The position numbers and the translations under genes were made by a program. Below, piece after piece: positions 51,898 through 60,265 of a DNA stretch of 64,000 bases. The stretch covers positions 54,839 to 118,838 of the forward strand of contig JBGAJQ010000009.1 of assembly GCA_044224875.1 (NCBI GenBank). The letters run 5' to 3'. This DNA comes from Gemmatimonadaceae bacterium (lineage in GTDB: Bacteria > Gemmatimonadota > Gemmatimonadetes > Gemmatimonadales > Gemmatimonadaceae). The notes below the pieces were generated by a model that ran no database searches, was not told the origin of the DNA, and saw only the letters and a program-made list of their open reading frames with translations. The number at the start of each line of letters is the position of its first letter. The stretch's first letter is position 1.

Positions 51898-52855
51898 GAC
51901 CAGTCATCCCCACTTCGATGCCGGCGGCACCGACTCGTTCGAGGAAGATCTGGTGCAAGGATGGTTGCACCAGCTCAAATCGTTGGACGCGCGCGCCACT
52001 CGCCATCACCCGCTGCAACAGGACCTGCGGGTCCGCGTTGTCCGTCAGCTCCACTTCGAAAAACCGATTGGAATCGTCCACACGCTTGACGAGACTCGCA
52101 TCCGCCAGGATATGGCCCAGACCTTCGCGATCGTCAGACTCCACCGCGAGGGCCACATGACGGCCGCCATGTGACGCCTTCACCGCCGCCACACCACCGT
52201 CCAGGACCTTCTCGCCATGAGCAATGATGCACACGGAGTCACACATGCGCTCTGCGTTATCCATCAGGTGCGTGGAGAATATGACCGTCTTTCCCTCGTC
52301 CCTCAGCTCCACCACCGTGTCCTTCAGCGCCTGCGCATTGATCGGATCGAGCCCGCTGAACGGCTCGTCCAGGATCACCAGCTCCGGATCGTGCAGCAAC
52401 GTGCCGATGAACTGCACCTTCTGCTGCATGCCGCGCGAGAGTTCATCGACCTTGGCCGCCCCCCAATCTTTTTCAGCGGTCTTGAGGCTCAGTCGCTCCA
52501 GCCACTGATCGATTCGGCGGTCAGCATCTGACCCCTTGACCCCCTTCAGCTCCCCGAGGAAACGGAGAAGACGCCTCACCTGCATCTTCTTGTAGAGACC
52601 ACGCTCCTCCGGCAGGTAGCCAACCCGATCGAGCACGCCAACGTCCGTGTTCGAACGTCCCATCAGTGAAATGGTGCCGTCATCGGGCCGGATGATGTTG
52701 AGCATCATCCGAATCGTCGTGGTCTTTCCCGCACCGTTCGGGCCCAGCAGCCCATACACCGCCCCTCGGGGCACCTGCAGGGAGAGCGCTTTCACCGCCG
52801 TGTGTCCGGCGAAGCGCTTCACCACGGATCGGATGTCAACGGCAAGTTCTGGCAT
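51890..52855 (-). CDS. ABC transporter ATP-binding protein (NatA/YhaQ-like)
   Basis: GPNGAGKTT, GYLPEERGLY, LSRGMQQK, ILDEPFSGLDP, PSLHQIF. Confidence 0.93.
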   Translation of the reverse strand: MPELAVDIRSVVKRFAGHTAVKALSLQVPRGAVYGLLGPNGAGKTTTIRMMLNIIRPDDGTISLMGRSNTDVGVLDRVGYLPEERGLYKKMQVRRLLRFLGELKGVKGSDADRRIDQWLERLSLKTAEKDWGAAKVDELSRGMQQKVQFIGTLLHDPELVILDEPFSGLDPINAQALKDTVVELRDEGKTVIFSTHLMDNAERMCDSVCIIAHGEKVLDGGVAAVKASHGGRHVALAVESDDREGLGHILADASLVKRVDDSNRFFEVELTDNADPQVLLQRVMASGARVQRFELVQPSLHQIFLERVGAAGIEVGMTGHG

Positions 52856-53186
52856 GCGGTTGCGGCAAGGGGTGACGAGCGGGGAATATAGGCTGGCCCG
52901 AGCAGCCGCGGAGCACGTCGCGCAAGTCGTTCGAAGGCGATGGCCGGATAGCCGGCGACACGAGCGGATGGAAGTTCTAGTAGGACGAAGGGCCGAAACC
53001 TTACGTCTACACAGTCGCCGCGCGTTGATTCCGAGCTTCGAAAGACCCCTCTCCCGTACTGCCTCCGGTCGGCCGGTTACCTAACGTAAGCGCGAGGGCA
53101 GAAGTTGCGTCCTTCCGCAACTCGTGCTCGGCCAAGACCTTCATCACCTTCAGGATCCGGGCCGTCGACTGAGTCCTCAGATCTCA

Positions 53187-53993
53187 ATGCACTTCAAGCA
53201 CGCCGTCGTATCGATCGTTGCCGCCCTCGGGGCGTCGTTACTGCTCCTCTTTCTGGCTGCGCCACTCGCAGAACTCGTAGCGCGTGGGGGGGCGACAGGT
53301 CTCTCGCGTATTGGTACGGACAGGGAGCTCCAGCTCGCGCTCGTGCTGACCTCGTTGTGCGCGTTGGCGGCGACCCTGCTTGGGGTGCTAGGGGGAACGC
53401 CGCTCGCGTGGCTGCTGGCGCGCCGACGATTCAGGGGGCGCGCGATCGTCGCCGCGCTACTCGACCTGCCACTCCTGATTCCGCATCCGGTGGCTGGCAT
53501 CGCGCTCTTGCTGGTTTTTGGGCGTGAAAGTGCGGTCGGCGGAGCGCTCCTCAAGCTTGGGTTGCGCGTGGTCGGTACGCCGTGGGGCATTGTCTTCGCC
53601 ATGCTGTTCGTGTCCGCGCCGTTGTTCGTGAGTGGCGCTCGCGAGGCTTTTGCGCGCGTGGACCGTCGCTACGAAGGAGTCGCCCGCACGCTCGGTGACG
53701 ACGCGTGGCGTGCCTTCCGGCGCGTGACGTTGCCACTCGCGTCGCGCGGGTTACTCGCCTCGGCCATCGTCATGTGGGCGCGCTCCGTGAGCGAGTTTGG
53801 TGCAATCGTCATCCTCACCTACAACCCAAAGACGGCCAGCATCCTGTCGTACGACCGATTCACGACGTTTGGGCTGCCGGAAGCGTTACCGGTTGCCGCC
53901 GTCCTCGCGCTGTTGGCGTTGTTGCCACTTACCGTGCTGCGCGCGCTGCGCGTTGAACGGGTCGAGACTGGGCTGGGGGGAGGCGCGGCGTGA
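53187..53993 (+). CDS. Molybdate/tungstate ABC permease (ModB/WtpB-like)
   Basis: GTPLAWLLAR, DLPLLIPHPVAGIALL, YEGVARTLG, WARSVSEFGA. Confidence 0.85.
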   Translation: MHFKHAVVSIVAALGASLLLLFLAAPLAELVARGGATGLSRIGTDRELQLALVLTSLCALAATLLGVLGGTPLAWLLARRRFRGRAIVAALLDLPLLIPHPVAGIALLLVFGRESAVGGALLKLGLRVVGTPWGIVFAMLFVSAPLFVSGAREAFARVDRRYEGVARTLGDDAWRAFRRVTLPLASRGLLASAIVMWARSVSEFGAIVILTYNPKTASILSYDRFTTFGLPEALPVAAVLALLALLPLTVLRALRVERVETGLGGGAA

Positions 53994-55066
53994 TCGTCGT
54001 GCGCGGACTGTCCGCGGAGGTTGGCGCCTTTCGCCTGCGCGACATCACGTTCGAGGTGCCGGCCGGGGGGTACGGCGTCGTGATTGGGCCAGCGGGTTCG
54101 GGGAAGACGACGCTGTTGGAGGCGATTGCTGGAATCGTTCCCCTGCGCGCCGGGGAAATCCGGCTGCTCGGTCGCGATGCGACGCGGTTGCCGCCCGAGC
54201 AACGATCGCTGGCGCTCGCGTACCAGCACGCCTTTCTCTTCCCGCACTTGACGGTACGCGAGAACATCGCGTTTGGCGCGCTCACGGCGCACGATGTCAC
54301 CGAGGCGTCGCAGCGCTTCGATGTGTTGGACCTGATGGATCGAGATGTGCGGTCGCTGTCTGGCGGGGAGCGACAGCTCGTGTCGCTGGCCCGGGCGGTG
54401 GCGCGGCGTGCCCCGTTGTTGCTGCTGGACGAGCCGTTTAGTGCCCTGGATCCACGGCGGCGGGCGCGCACGCGGCGCGAGGTACGCGCGCTGCATCGCG
54501 AGCGTGAGCTGACCGTGTTGCAGGTGACGCACGACTTCACGGAGGCCGGACTCCTGGGGGATGTCGCCGTGCTGCTCGATGCCGGGCAGGTGTTGCAGTA
54601 TGGTCCCCCGGAGAGTGTGTTTCGTCGACCGGCGTCGCCGTACATCGCGGAGTTCCTCGGCGCGGAGAATGTCTTTGCTGGGACGGCGCGGATCCTCAGC
54701 GACCAGGCCCCCGATTGGTTGGAGGGGACTCCGCCGGGGCTCGGCGCCGGGCATCACGCCGTGGAGTTCACGTCGGGCCCGTTGACGATCTACGCCGTTG
54801 GAACCGCGGAAGGGGCCGGCTACGCCGTGATTCGCGCCGAGGATGTGCTGTTGTCGCTGGAACCGCAGCCCAGTTCGGCGCGCAACGTGTTTGAGGGTGT
54901 GGTGACGGAGATCGTCACGACGGGGGCACTCTCGCGGATTACGGTGGATGTACGAGGCGTGCCCATGGTGGCGGCGTTGACGACACGCTCGAAGCAGGAG
55001 CTCGAGCTTGCAGTGGGCAGCAGGGTCGCCACGGCCTTCAAGGCGCTGGCCGTCCACCTCTGTTAA
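53990..55066 (+). CDS. Molybdate/tungstate ABC ATP-binding protein with TOBE domain (ModC/WtpC-like)
   Basis: GPAGSGKTT, LSGGERQ, LLDEPFSALD, SSARNVFEG..LTTRS..FKALAVH TOBE. Confidence 0.88.
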   Translation: MIVVRGLSAEVGAFRLRDITFEVPAGGYGVVIGPAGSGKTTLLEAIAGIVPLRAGEIRLLGRDATRLPPEQRSLALAYQHAFLFPHLTVRENIAFGALTAHDVTEASQRFDVLDLMDRDVRSLSGGERQLVSLARAVARRAPLLLLDEPFSALDPRRRARTRREVRALHRERELTVLQVTHDFTEAGLLGDVAVLLDAGQVLQYGPPESVFRRPASPYIAEFLGAENVFAGTARILSDQAPDWLEGTPPGLGAGHHAVEFTSGPLTIYAVGTAEGAGYAVIRAEDVLLSLEPQPSSARNVFEGVVTEIVTTGALSRITVDVRGVPMVAALTTRSKQELELAVGSRVATAFKALAVHLC

Positions 55067-55217
55067 GCTGTCACACGGCGCGTGGTATCGGTGAGTTCAG
55101 CTACGCAGGGCTAGGATCTACTAGTGTCCAGCGCGCGGGCGTGTAGTCTATTGTAGCTGCCCCGACTGCGTTCCTTGGGGCAAGCGATCGACACGAACAG
55201 CAAGCCAGGAGGGAACA

Positions 55218-55649
55218 GTGGGCGGAGCAGACAGAGATCATGTGATCACGTGGGCAACTGCGCAGGACTTGATTGGCCGACATCGTGCAATTCCGGGAGT
55301 GTCACGGGGCGGAGACGGCGCTTATGGAGGCGCCTTCAAGAAGGCAGACGTAATGAAGCTCCTTGAACAGCCCGGGTGCACGCACCTTCGCTTCTACTAC
55401 GGTCGGAATGCCGATGGGACGCCCGCCGTGGTCCTTGTGGGCGCCAGTGCGCTCGACGCAGATATGAACGGCGGAGTCGTGCTGGATACGCACTACCTGC
55501 AGCTCCACCAAACTGTCCGTAGTCAAAAGTGCCGCGACCGACGCGTTATGATTGCAGCGCGACGGTCGTGCGAACGCTGCGTGCCGTCGGTCGCGGTACG
55601 CCTCAACCTCAGGAGACGGACTCATGGCCAAGGATTACGATCGGGATGA
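55218..55649 (+). CDS. Small hypothetical protein, paralogue 1 of a CPPxC-tail family (tail frameshifted, frame-corrected stop at 55522)
   Basis: AGGAGG RBS and GTG. DHVITWATA..LLEQPGCTHLRFYYGRNADG..VVLVG..VLDTHY aligns with the next gene. PPNCP* is encoded out of frame at 55505-55522. Confidence 0.75.
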   Translation: MGGADRDHVITWATAQDLIGRHRAIPGVSRGGDGAYGGAFKKADVMKLLEQPGCTHLRFYYGRNADGTPAVVLVGASALDADMNGGVVLDTHYLQLHQTVRSQKCRDRRVMIAARRSCERCVPSVAVRLNLRRRTHGQGLRSG

Positions 55650-56034
55650 TGACGACCGGAAGCCGAAGCTCCCACCCCCGTCGGATCATCGCATCTCGCT
55701 CCGCAGAGCGGTCAAGCTGACGCGCAACTATCGGGAGTCCATCCCCGCGGCGGACAAGACGGGGTTCTTCCACAAGCAGTGGGCGATTGTTGACCTGCTC
55801 CGCCAGCGAGGGGTAGTCGGGATGCGCTACTACCATGGGTTGGACGACCACGGACAATACCACCTCGTCCTCGTAGGTGTCGACAAGGAGTTCCGGGACA
55901 TCGTGGAGTCGAGGAAGGGAAAGATCACGCGGTTGGACCAGTCGGTAGGGGCGATGGTGACCTCGTCAAGCGCAGTTATCCTCGACACTCACTTATCCGT
56001 GTCCACCGAACTGCCCGCCACCCGGGCCTATTGA
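55624..56034 (+). CDS. Small hypothetical protein, paralogue 2 of a CPPxC-tail family (tail frameshifted, frame-corrected stop at 56062)
   Basis: AGGAG RBS and ATG 55624. DHRISLRRA..LLRQRGVVGMRYYHGLDDHG..LVLVGVD..ILDTH. YPCPPNCPPPGP is in the +1 frame from 55994. Confidence 0.78.
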   Translation: MAKDYDRDDDDRKPKLPPPSDHRISLRRAVKLTRNYRESIPAADKTGFFHKQWAIVDLLRQRGVVGMRYYHGLDDHGQYHLVLVGVDKEFRDIVESRKGKITRLDQSVGAMVTSSSAVILDTHLSVSTELPATRAY

Positions 56035-56062
56035 ACATGTAGTCATCGCTGCGGAACCATGA

Positions 56063-56743
56063 GTGGTGACCTTCATTGTCCAATACTGGCAAGCGCATGT
56101 CGCGATGCTGCTGGAGGTGGTCATTCCACTGGTCGCCTTCGACTGGGCACGCCGCCGGCGGTTGGAGCTGCCGAAGCCACGCAAGCTGATCATCGCGTGG
56201 CTTCTCGTGTATTTCGTCAGTGACCTGGCTGGACTGGTCACGCTGCTGAATGGCATCGACAATCAGTGGCTGCGCTACATCTTCACCCCCGTCAGCGACA
56301 TTCTGGTCATGCTGGCGCTGGCGAGTTGGCAAGATCATCCGTTGCGTCGCATCGGCTTACGGGTGGCGTTGTACCTGTTGGTCCCCGTCTGGCTGATCTA
56401 CGCGATTGCCGAGGGGACCAAGTCGTTCGGGGAGATTTCGGACCCCCTGCGATCGATCATCGTCCTGATTGCAGCGCTCATGACCTTGATCGGCAATTCG
56501 CTGAACACGTCCCGTCGCATTAGCCGCGCAGACTGGTTCTGGGTCGCCGCTGGTGTGGCCCTGTACTTCGCGCTTGAGCTCGCGTTGGGTCCGTTCCTCG
56601 AGTACGTGCTGCACAACTCACGAGACGTGGCCTCGCGCGCCTATCGACTAAAGGCCTCGGTCGATATCATAGCATTCCTCCTCATTGGAACAGGTCTGCT
56701 GTGCCCACTGGATCCAGCGAGACGCTCTGGAAGCTCTACCTGA
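56063..56743 (+). CDS. Multi-TM (about 6-7) membrane protein, putative sensor/receptor subunit
   Basis: Alternating hydrophobic segments, DNQWL and FWVAAGVALYF motifs. Overlaps the kinase start by 43 nt. Confidence 0.75.
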   Translation: MVTFIVQYWQAHVAMLLEVVIPLVAFDWARRRRLELPKPRKLIIAWLLVYFVSDLAGLVTLLNGIDNQWLRYIFTPVSDILVMLALASWQDHPLRRIGLRVALYLLVPVWLIYAIAEGTKSFGEISDPLRSIIVLIAALMTLIGNSLNTSRRISRADWFWVAAGVALYFALELALGPFLEYVLHNSRDVASRAYRLKASVDIIAFLLIGTGLLCPLDPARRSGSST

Positions 56744-57489
56744 CGCTGGGACTGGCCGCCGCGGTCATTCTCTTTGCCTTCATCGTCGCGCTGGTCATCT
56801 ACCAGCGACGGTTCGTGAAGCTGCATCGGACGTATTCCAAGAACCTCCTCTCCGCCCAGGAAGAAGAACGCGCATGGGTGGCGCGCGAAGTTCACGATGA
56901 CGCGCTGCAGCGCGTGGCGATGCTGGCGCACGAACTCCACGAATGCGCCGATGAGCCGATGATGAGCGTGGAGCGCCAGCGCGATCGCATCGGCGCCATC
57001 GTCACCGAAGTCGAGGACCTGGGCGTGATGCTGCGTCGTGTCGCCCATCGACTGCACCCATCGCTGATCGACCAAGCCGGTCTCATCCCCGCGCTGCAGG
57101 GATTGGCAGGCGACGTGTCACGCGCGCACGGCATTCAGGTGGACGTCGACCTGCCGGGAAATGGGTCCACCCCCACCCCGCAGCTTCCTCGCGAAACGGC
57201 GCTGATCCTATACCGCATCGCGCAGGAGGCCCTGCGCAACGTGGCGCGCCATTCGGGGGTCAAGCGCGCCACGCTGCGCGTGACGGCACCACATGCCGAC
57301 GAACTGCTGCTGGAGATTTCCGACCGCGGACGGGGCTTTGTACAACAAGAACATCCGTCAGCTCATAAGGGCTTGGGACTCGTCAGCATGGCGGAACGCG
57401 CGCGTCTCGCCGACGGCAGGCTGGATGTGTGGTCGCAGCCTGGCAAGGGAACCCGGTTGACCGTCACCGTGCCAACGGTGCAGGGGTAG
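56701..57489 (+). CDS. NarX/UhpB-type sensor histidine kinase (HisKA_3 plus HATPase_c) with one N-terminal TM
   Basis: EEERAWVAREVHDD H-box, YRIAQEALRNVARHS, SDRGRGF, GLGLVSMAERA, SQPGKGT. Confidence 0.93.
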   Translation: MPTGSSETLWKLYLTLGLAAAVILFAFIVALVIYQRRFVKLHRTYSKNLLSAQEEERAWVAREVHDDALQRVAMLAHELHECADEPMMSVERQRDRIGAIVTEVEDLGVMLRRVAHRLHPSLIDQAGLIPALQGLAGDVSRAHGIQVDVDLPGNGSTPTPQLPRETALILYRIAQEALRNVARHSGVKRATLRVTAPHADELLLEISDRGRGFVQQEHPSAHKGLGLVSMAERARLADGRLDVWSQPGKGTRLTVTVPTVQG

Positions 57490-57497
57490 TCTCGCCC

Positions 57498-58598
57498 ATG
57501 CGCCGCGCGACACTGACGCTCGCCTGTTTTGCTGTCGTGGCCTCGGCTTCCGCTCAGGAGGTCCAGCGCGTCGATCGCGCCGAGCATCACGAGTTCGTCA
57601 TTCAGAATTTCAGGACCGAAGGAGGCGTCACGCTTCCAGAGGCCCGTATCGTCTACGGGACGTATGGGCATCTGAATGCGGCGCGGGACAACGTCATCCT
57701 CCTTCCCTCGCACTACATGGCGACGCATCACGGCTACGAGTGGCTCATTGGTCCCGGGAAGGCGTTGGACACGGCGCGGGTGTTCCTTGTGGCGACCGAG
57801 CTCTTTGGTAACGGACACTCGAGCAGTCCGAGCAACACCCCGGAGCCATTTCACGGACCACGCTTTCCCCTCGTCACCATTCGCGACAACGTAGAAGCCG
57901 TTAGGCAGTTACTGCTGCAGGACCTTCGGATCACGCACTTGCAGGCCGTGATCGGCTTCTCCATGGGTGCCCAGCAGGCCTTCCAGTGGGCGGTGAGCCA
58001 TCCCGAGTTCGTCGACCGCGTGGTGGCGACGTCTGGCACTGCGAAGACGTATCCGCACGGTGTCGTTCGCCTCGAAGGTCAGATTGCCGCACTGACTGCG
58101 GATGCGGCGTTCAACGGCGGAGACTACACCGAGCCACCACGGATGGGACTCGAAGCATTCGCCGTGGTGTGGACGGGATGGTTGTTCTCCCAGGAATGGT
58201 GGCGGCAGGAACTGTGGAAGAGAAACGCCAAGCCCGGTACCACATTCGAACAAGTGCTCGCCAACTATCGTTCCAATTTTCTCCCAGGTGCGGACGCCAA
58301 CAACCTCATCGCACAGATGCGCACCTGGGAGCATCACGACGTGGGCGGCACCCCTGGCTTTGATGGTGACGTCGAACGCGCGCTGCGTTCAATCAGAATC
58401 CCCGTGTTGTACATGCCATCGGAGACGGACCTGTACTTTCCGATCACCGATGCGCGATACGAGGCTGGGCTCATTCCTGGCGTCCAATTCGCGCCAATCC
58501 CGTCGCTGTGGGGACATCCCGCGGGTGCCGCACCGAATCCGGAGGATGCCAGGTTCCTGAACGAGAGAATATCGGCGTTTCTCAAGTCACCGCGCTGA
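57498..58598 (+). CDS. Homoserine O-acetyltransferase (MetX)-like alpha/beta hydrolase with signal peptide
   Basis: YGTYGHLNAARDNVIL, SSSPSNTP, VTIRDNV, GFSMGAQQ, TDLYFP, SLWGH. MRRATLTLACFAVVASASA leader. Confidence 0.85.
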   Translation: MRRATLTLACFAVVASASAQEVQRVDRAEHHEFVIQNFRTEGGVTLPEARIVYGTYGHLNAARDNVILLPSHYMATHHGYEWLIGPGKALDTARVFLVATELFGNGHSSSPSNTPEPFHGPRFPLVTIRDNVEAVRQLLLQDLRITHLQAVIGFSMGAQQAFQWAVSHPEFVDRVVATSGTAKTYPHGVVRLEGQIAALTADAAFNGGDYTEPPRMGLEAFAVVWTGWLFSQEWWRQELWKRNAKPGTTFEQVLANYRSNFLPGADANNLIAQMRTWEHHDVGGTPGFDGDVERALRSIRIPVLYMPSETDLYFPITDARYEAGLIPGVQFAPIPSLWGHPAGAAPNPEDARFLNERISAFLKSPR

Positions 58599-58683
58599 CT
58601 GAGCCTTACGCGCGAATGCCAACACGCATTGCCTCACCCATGCTGCAAGAGTCGTTTGGCCCGCACGCCGCACGCCAGTTCCG

Positions 58684-59229
58684 TCAATCCGTGTTGCCAG
58701 CCGCTTTCGCCGCAGCCGAAATGACCACGTGCGTCACGGTGTCCCACGCGTTGCGAATCCCTATGAACAACAGCCCGAGTGCCGAAGCCCCGATCATGAA
58801 TGGCGTCACCTCGCCACCGCCGCCCAGCCACACGGCGGCCAATGCGAGCACCAGATAACACGCCCATGGGAGCGCGACATACCACACCCAGTCATCCCAC
58901 ACGGGCTGGTACTCCGTTTGACGACGCGCGCGCACGACGACGACGGCGCCGTACGCCAGCCCCCCGATGGCTACACCGCCGAGTGCGAGCGACAGACCAA
59001 CAAGAGTAGGCCATGGTGCACTCATGAAGGCCGATATGATGAGGGCCATCGTCAGGTGCACCACCGTTGGCGTACCAAAGGCGCCAATGGCCCCTCAAGA
59101 CGTGTTCGGACTTCGGTCGGCAATGAGCGTGACCACGACAAATTGAAGGCCAATGAGCGCTCCGCCGGAGGAGCCCACAATTACGTAGAAACTCTCCCAT
59201 GGGGAGAGGGCTGTGGCTGATTCACCCAT
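58684..59229 (-). pseudogene. Conserved-looking membrane protein interrupted by an in-frame TGA
   Basis: One continuous frame: MGESATALSPWESFYVIVGSSGGALIGLQFVVVTLIADRSPNTS*GAIGAFGTPTVVHL..LLFIGIRNAWDTV. TGA at 59097-59095. Confidence 0.75.
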
Positions 59230-59518
59230 GGGTTCTTGACCTCGCGGAAAGTGTGTCGTCGATCCTGACGGGCTGTTTCCAAGCGGCCACCGACGCAAGC
59301 GACTGAGGTCGCGTCAGTCATCCGTTCACCGTTCTCAGCGTGGGTCCCGAAATACAACGAGCGCGCGCTCGGGTGTGACTCCAAGCTAGCGCGGAATCCG
59401 TACCGGCGCGGCTCAGTCGGCGACGAGACCTCGCCTCACCCCAGGTGCGACACGACCTTACATTCCGCAGCGCCCCACCAGGTCGTACGCCCGACAGCTT
59501 CAAGCCGCTGGAGGCCAT

Positions 59519-60130
59519 GTGCGGAACGTGCTCTGGGTATTGATGACGGTTCTGGCACTTGTCGTCGCGTTGTATGCGGCGCTCGTGCTCGTCCTGCCGG
59601 ACTTTGGTCCACCCTTTGTTGCTGACCGCCGCGTCAGCATGCCGTGGGCGGTGACCGCTCATCTTGCCGGCAGCCTGCTGGCGATGGCCCTCGGCCCGTG
59701 GCAGTTCAACGCGCGCCTGCGGGCCCGTGCGCTCCAGCTCCATCGGTGGATGGGCCGCGCCTACGTTGTTGGGGTGTTGGTGGGAGGCGGTGGCGGACTC
59801 GCGATGGCAACGGCTTCGCAGGAGGGGTTCGTCACGCATGCGGGCTTTGGACTCCTCGCCGTGCTGTGGCTCGCGGCTACCCTTCAGGCGTACTGGCGCA
59901 TTCGCGCCGGAGACGAGGAGTCACATCGCACGTGGATGACTCGCAGCTACGCACTGACGTTCGCTGCCGTGACGTTGCGCATCTACATTCCAGCCTTCCT
60001 CGGGGCCGGCGTGCCCTTCTCGGATGCCTATCAAGCCATCAGTTGGCTATGTTGGGTACCCAACCTTGTGGTGGCCGAGTGGTTCATCGTGCGCCAACCA
60101 CGCGATGTGTTCCTACGTTCTGAGCGCTGA
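59519..60130 (+). CDS. DUF2306-like membrane protein
   Basis: AHLAGS..LGPWQF, LHRWMGRAY, HRTWMTRSYALTFAAVTLR, WLCWVPNL. GGAGG RBS. Confidence 0.8.
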   Translation: MRNVLWVLMTVLALVVALYAALVLVLPDFGPPFVADRRVSMPWAVTAHLAGSLLAMALGPWQFNARLRARALQLHRWMGRAYVVGVLVGGGGGLAMATASQEGFVTHAGFGLLAVLWLAATLQAYWRIRAGDEESHRTWMTRSYALTFAAVTLRIYIPAFLGAGVPFSDAYQAISWLCWVPNLVVAEWFIVRQPRDVFLRSER

Positions 60131-60265
60131 TGAACGGACTCGTGTCCCGCCCTGCTCGAGTCGGCTGCAGGGCCAATCGGGAACGACGCCGAACCAGTTG
60201 CTGGCACGAGGTATTCGTTCATCCGTAGTTCCCGCACGCATCGCACCTATCACCCGGGAGATTTC

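Noticed and set aside
55523..55649. C-terminal extension of the 143-aa ORF (LQLHQTVRSQKC...) and the GTG 55552 start of the next ORF
   Set aside because: The extension arises from the frameshift. The RBS supports ATG 55624 for the second gene.
57498..58598. Assignment as the housekeeping metX
   Set aside because: Signal-peptide-like leader and no met genes nearby, so only a family-level call is justified.
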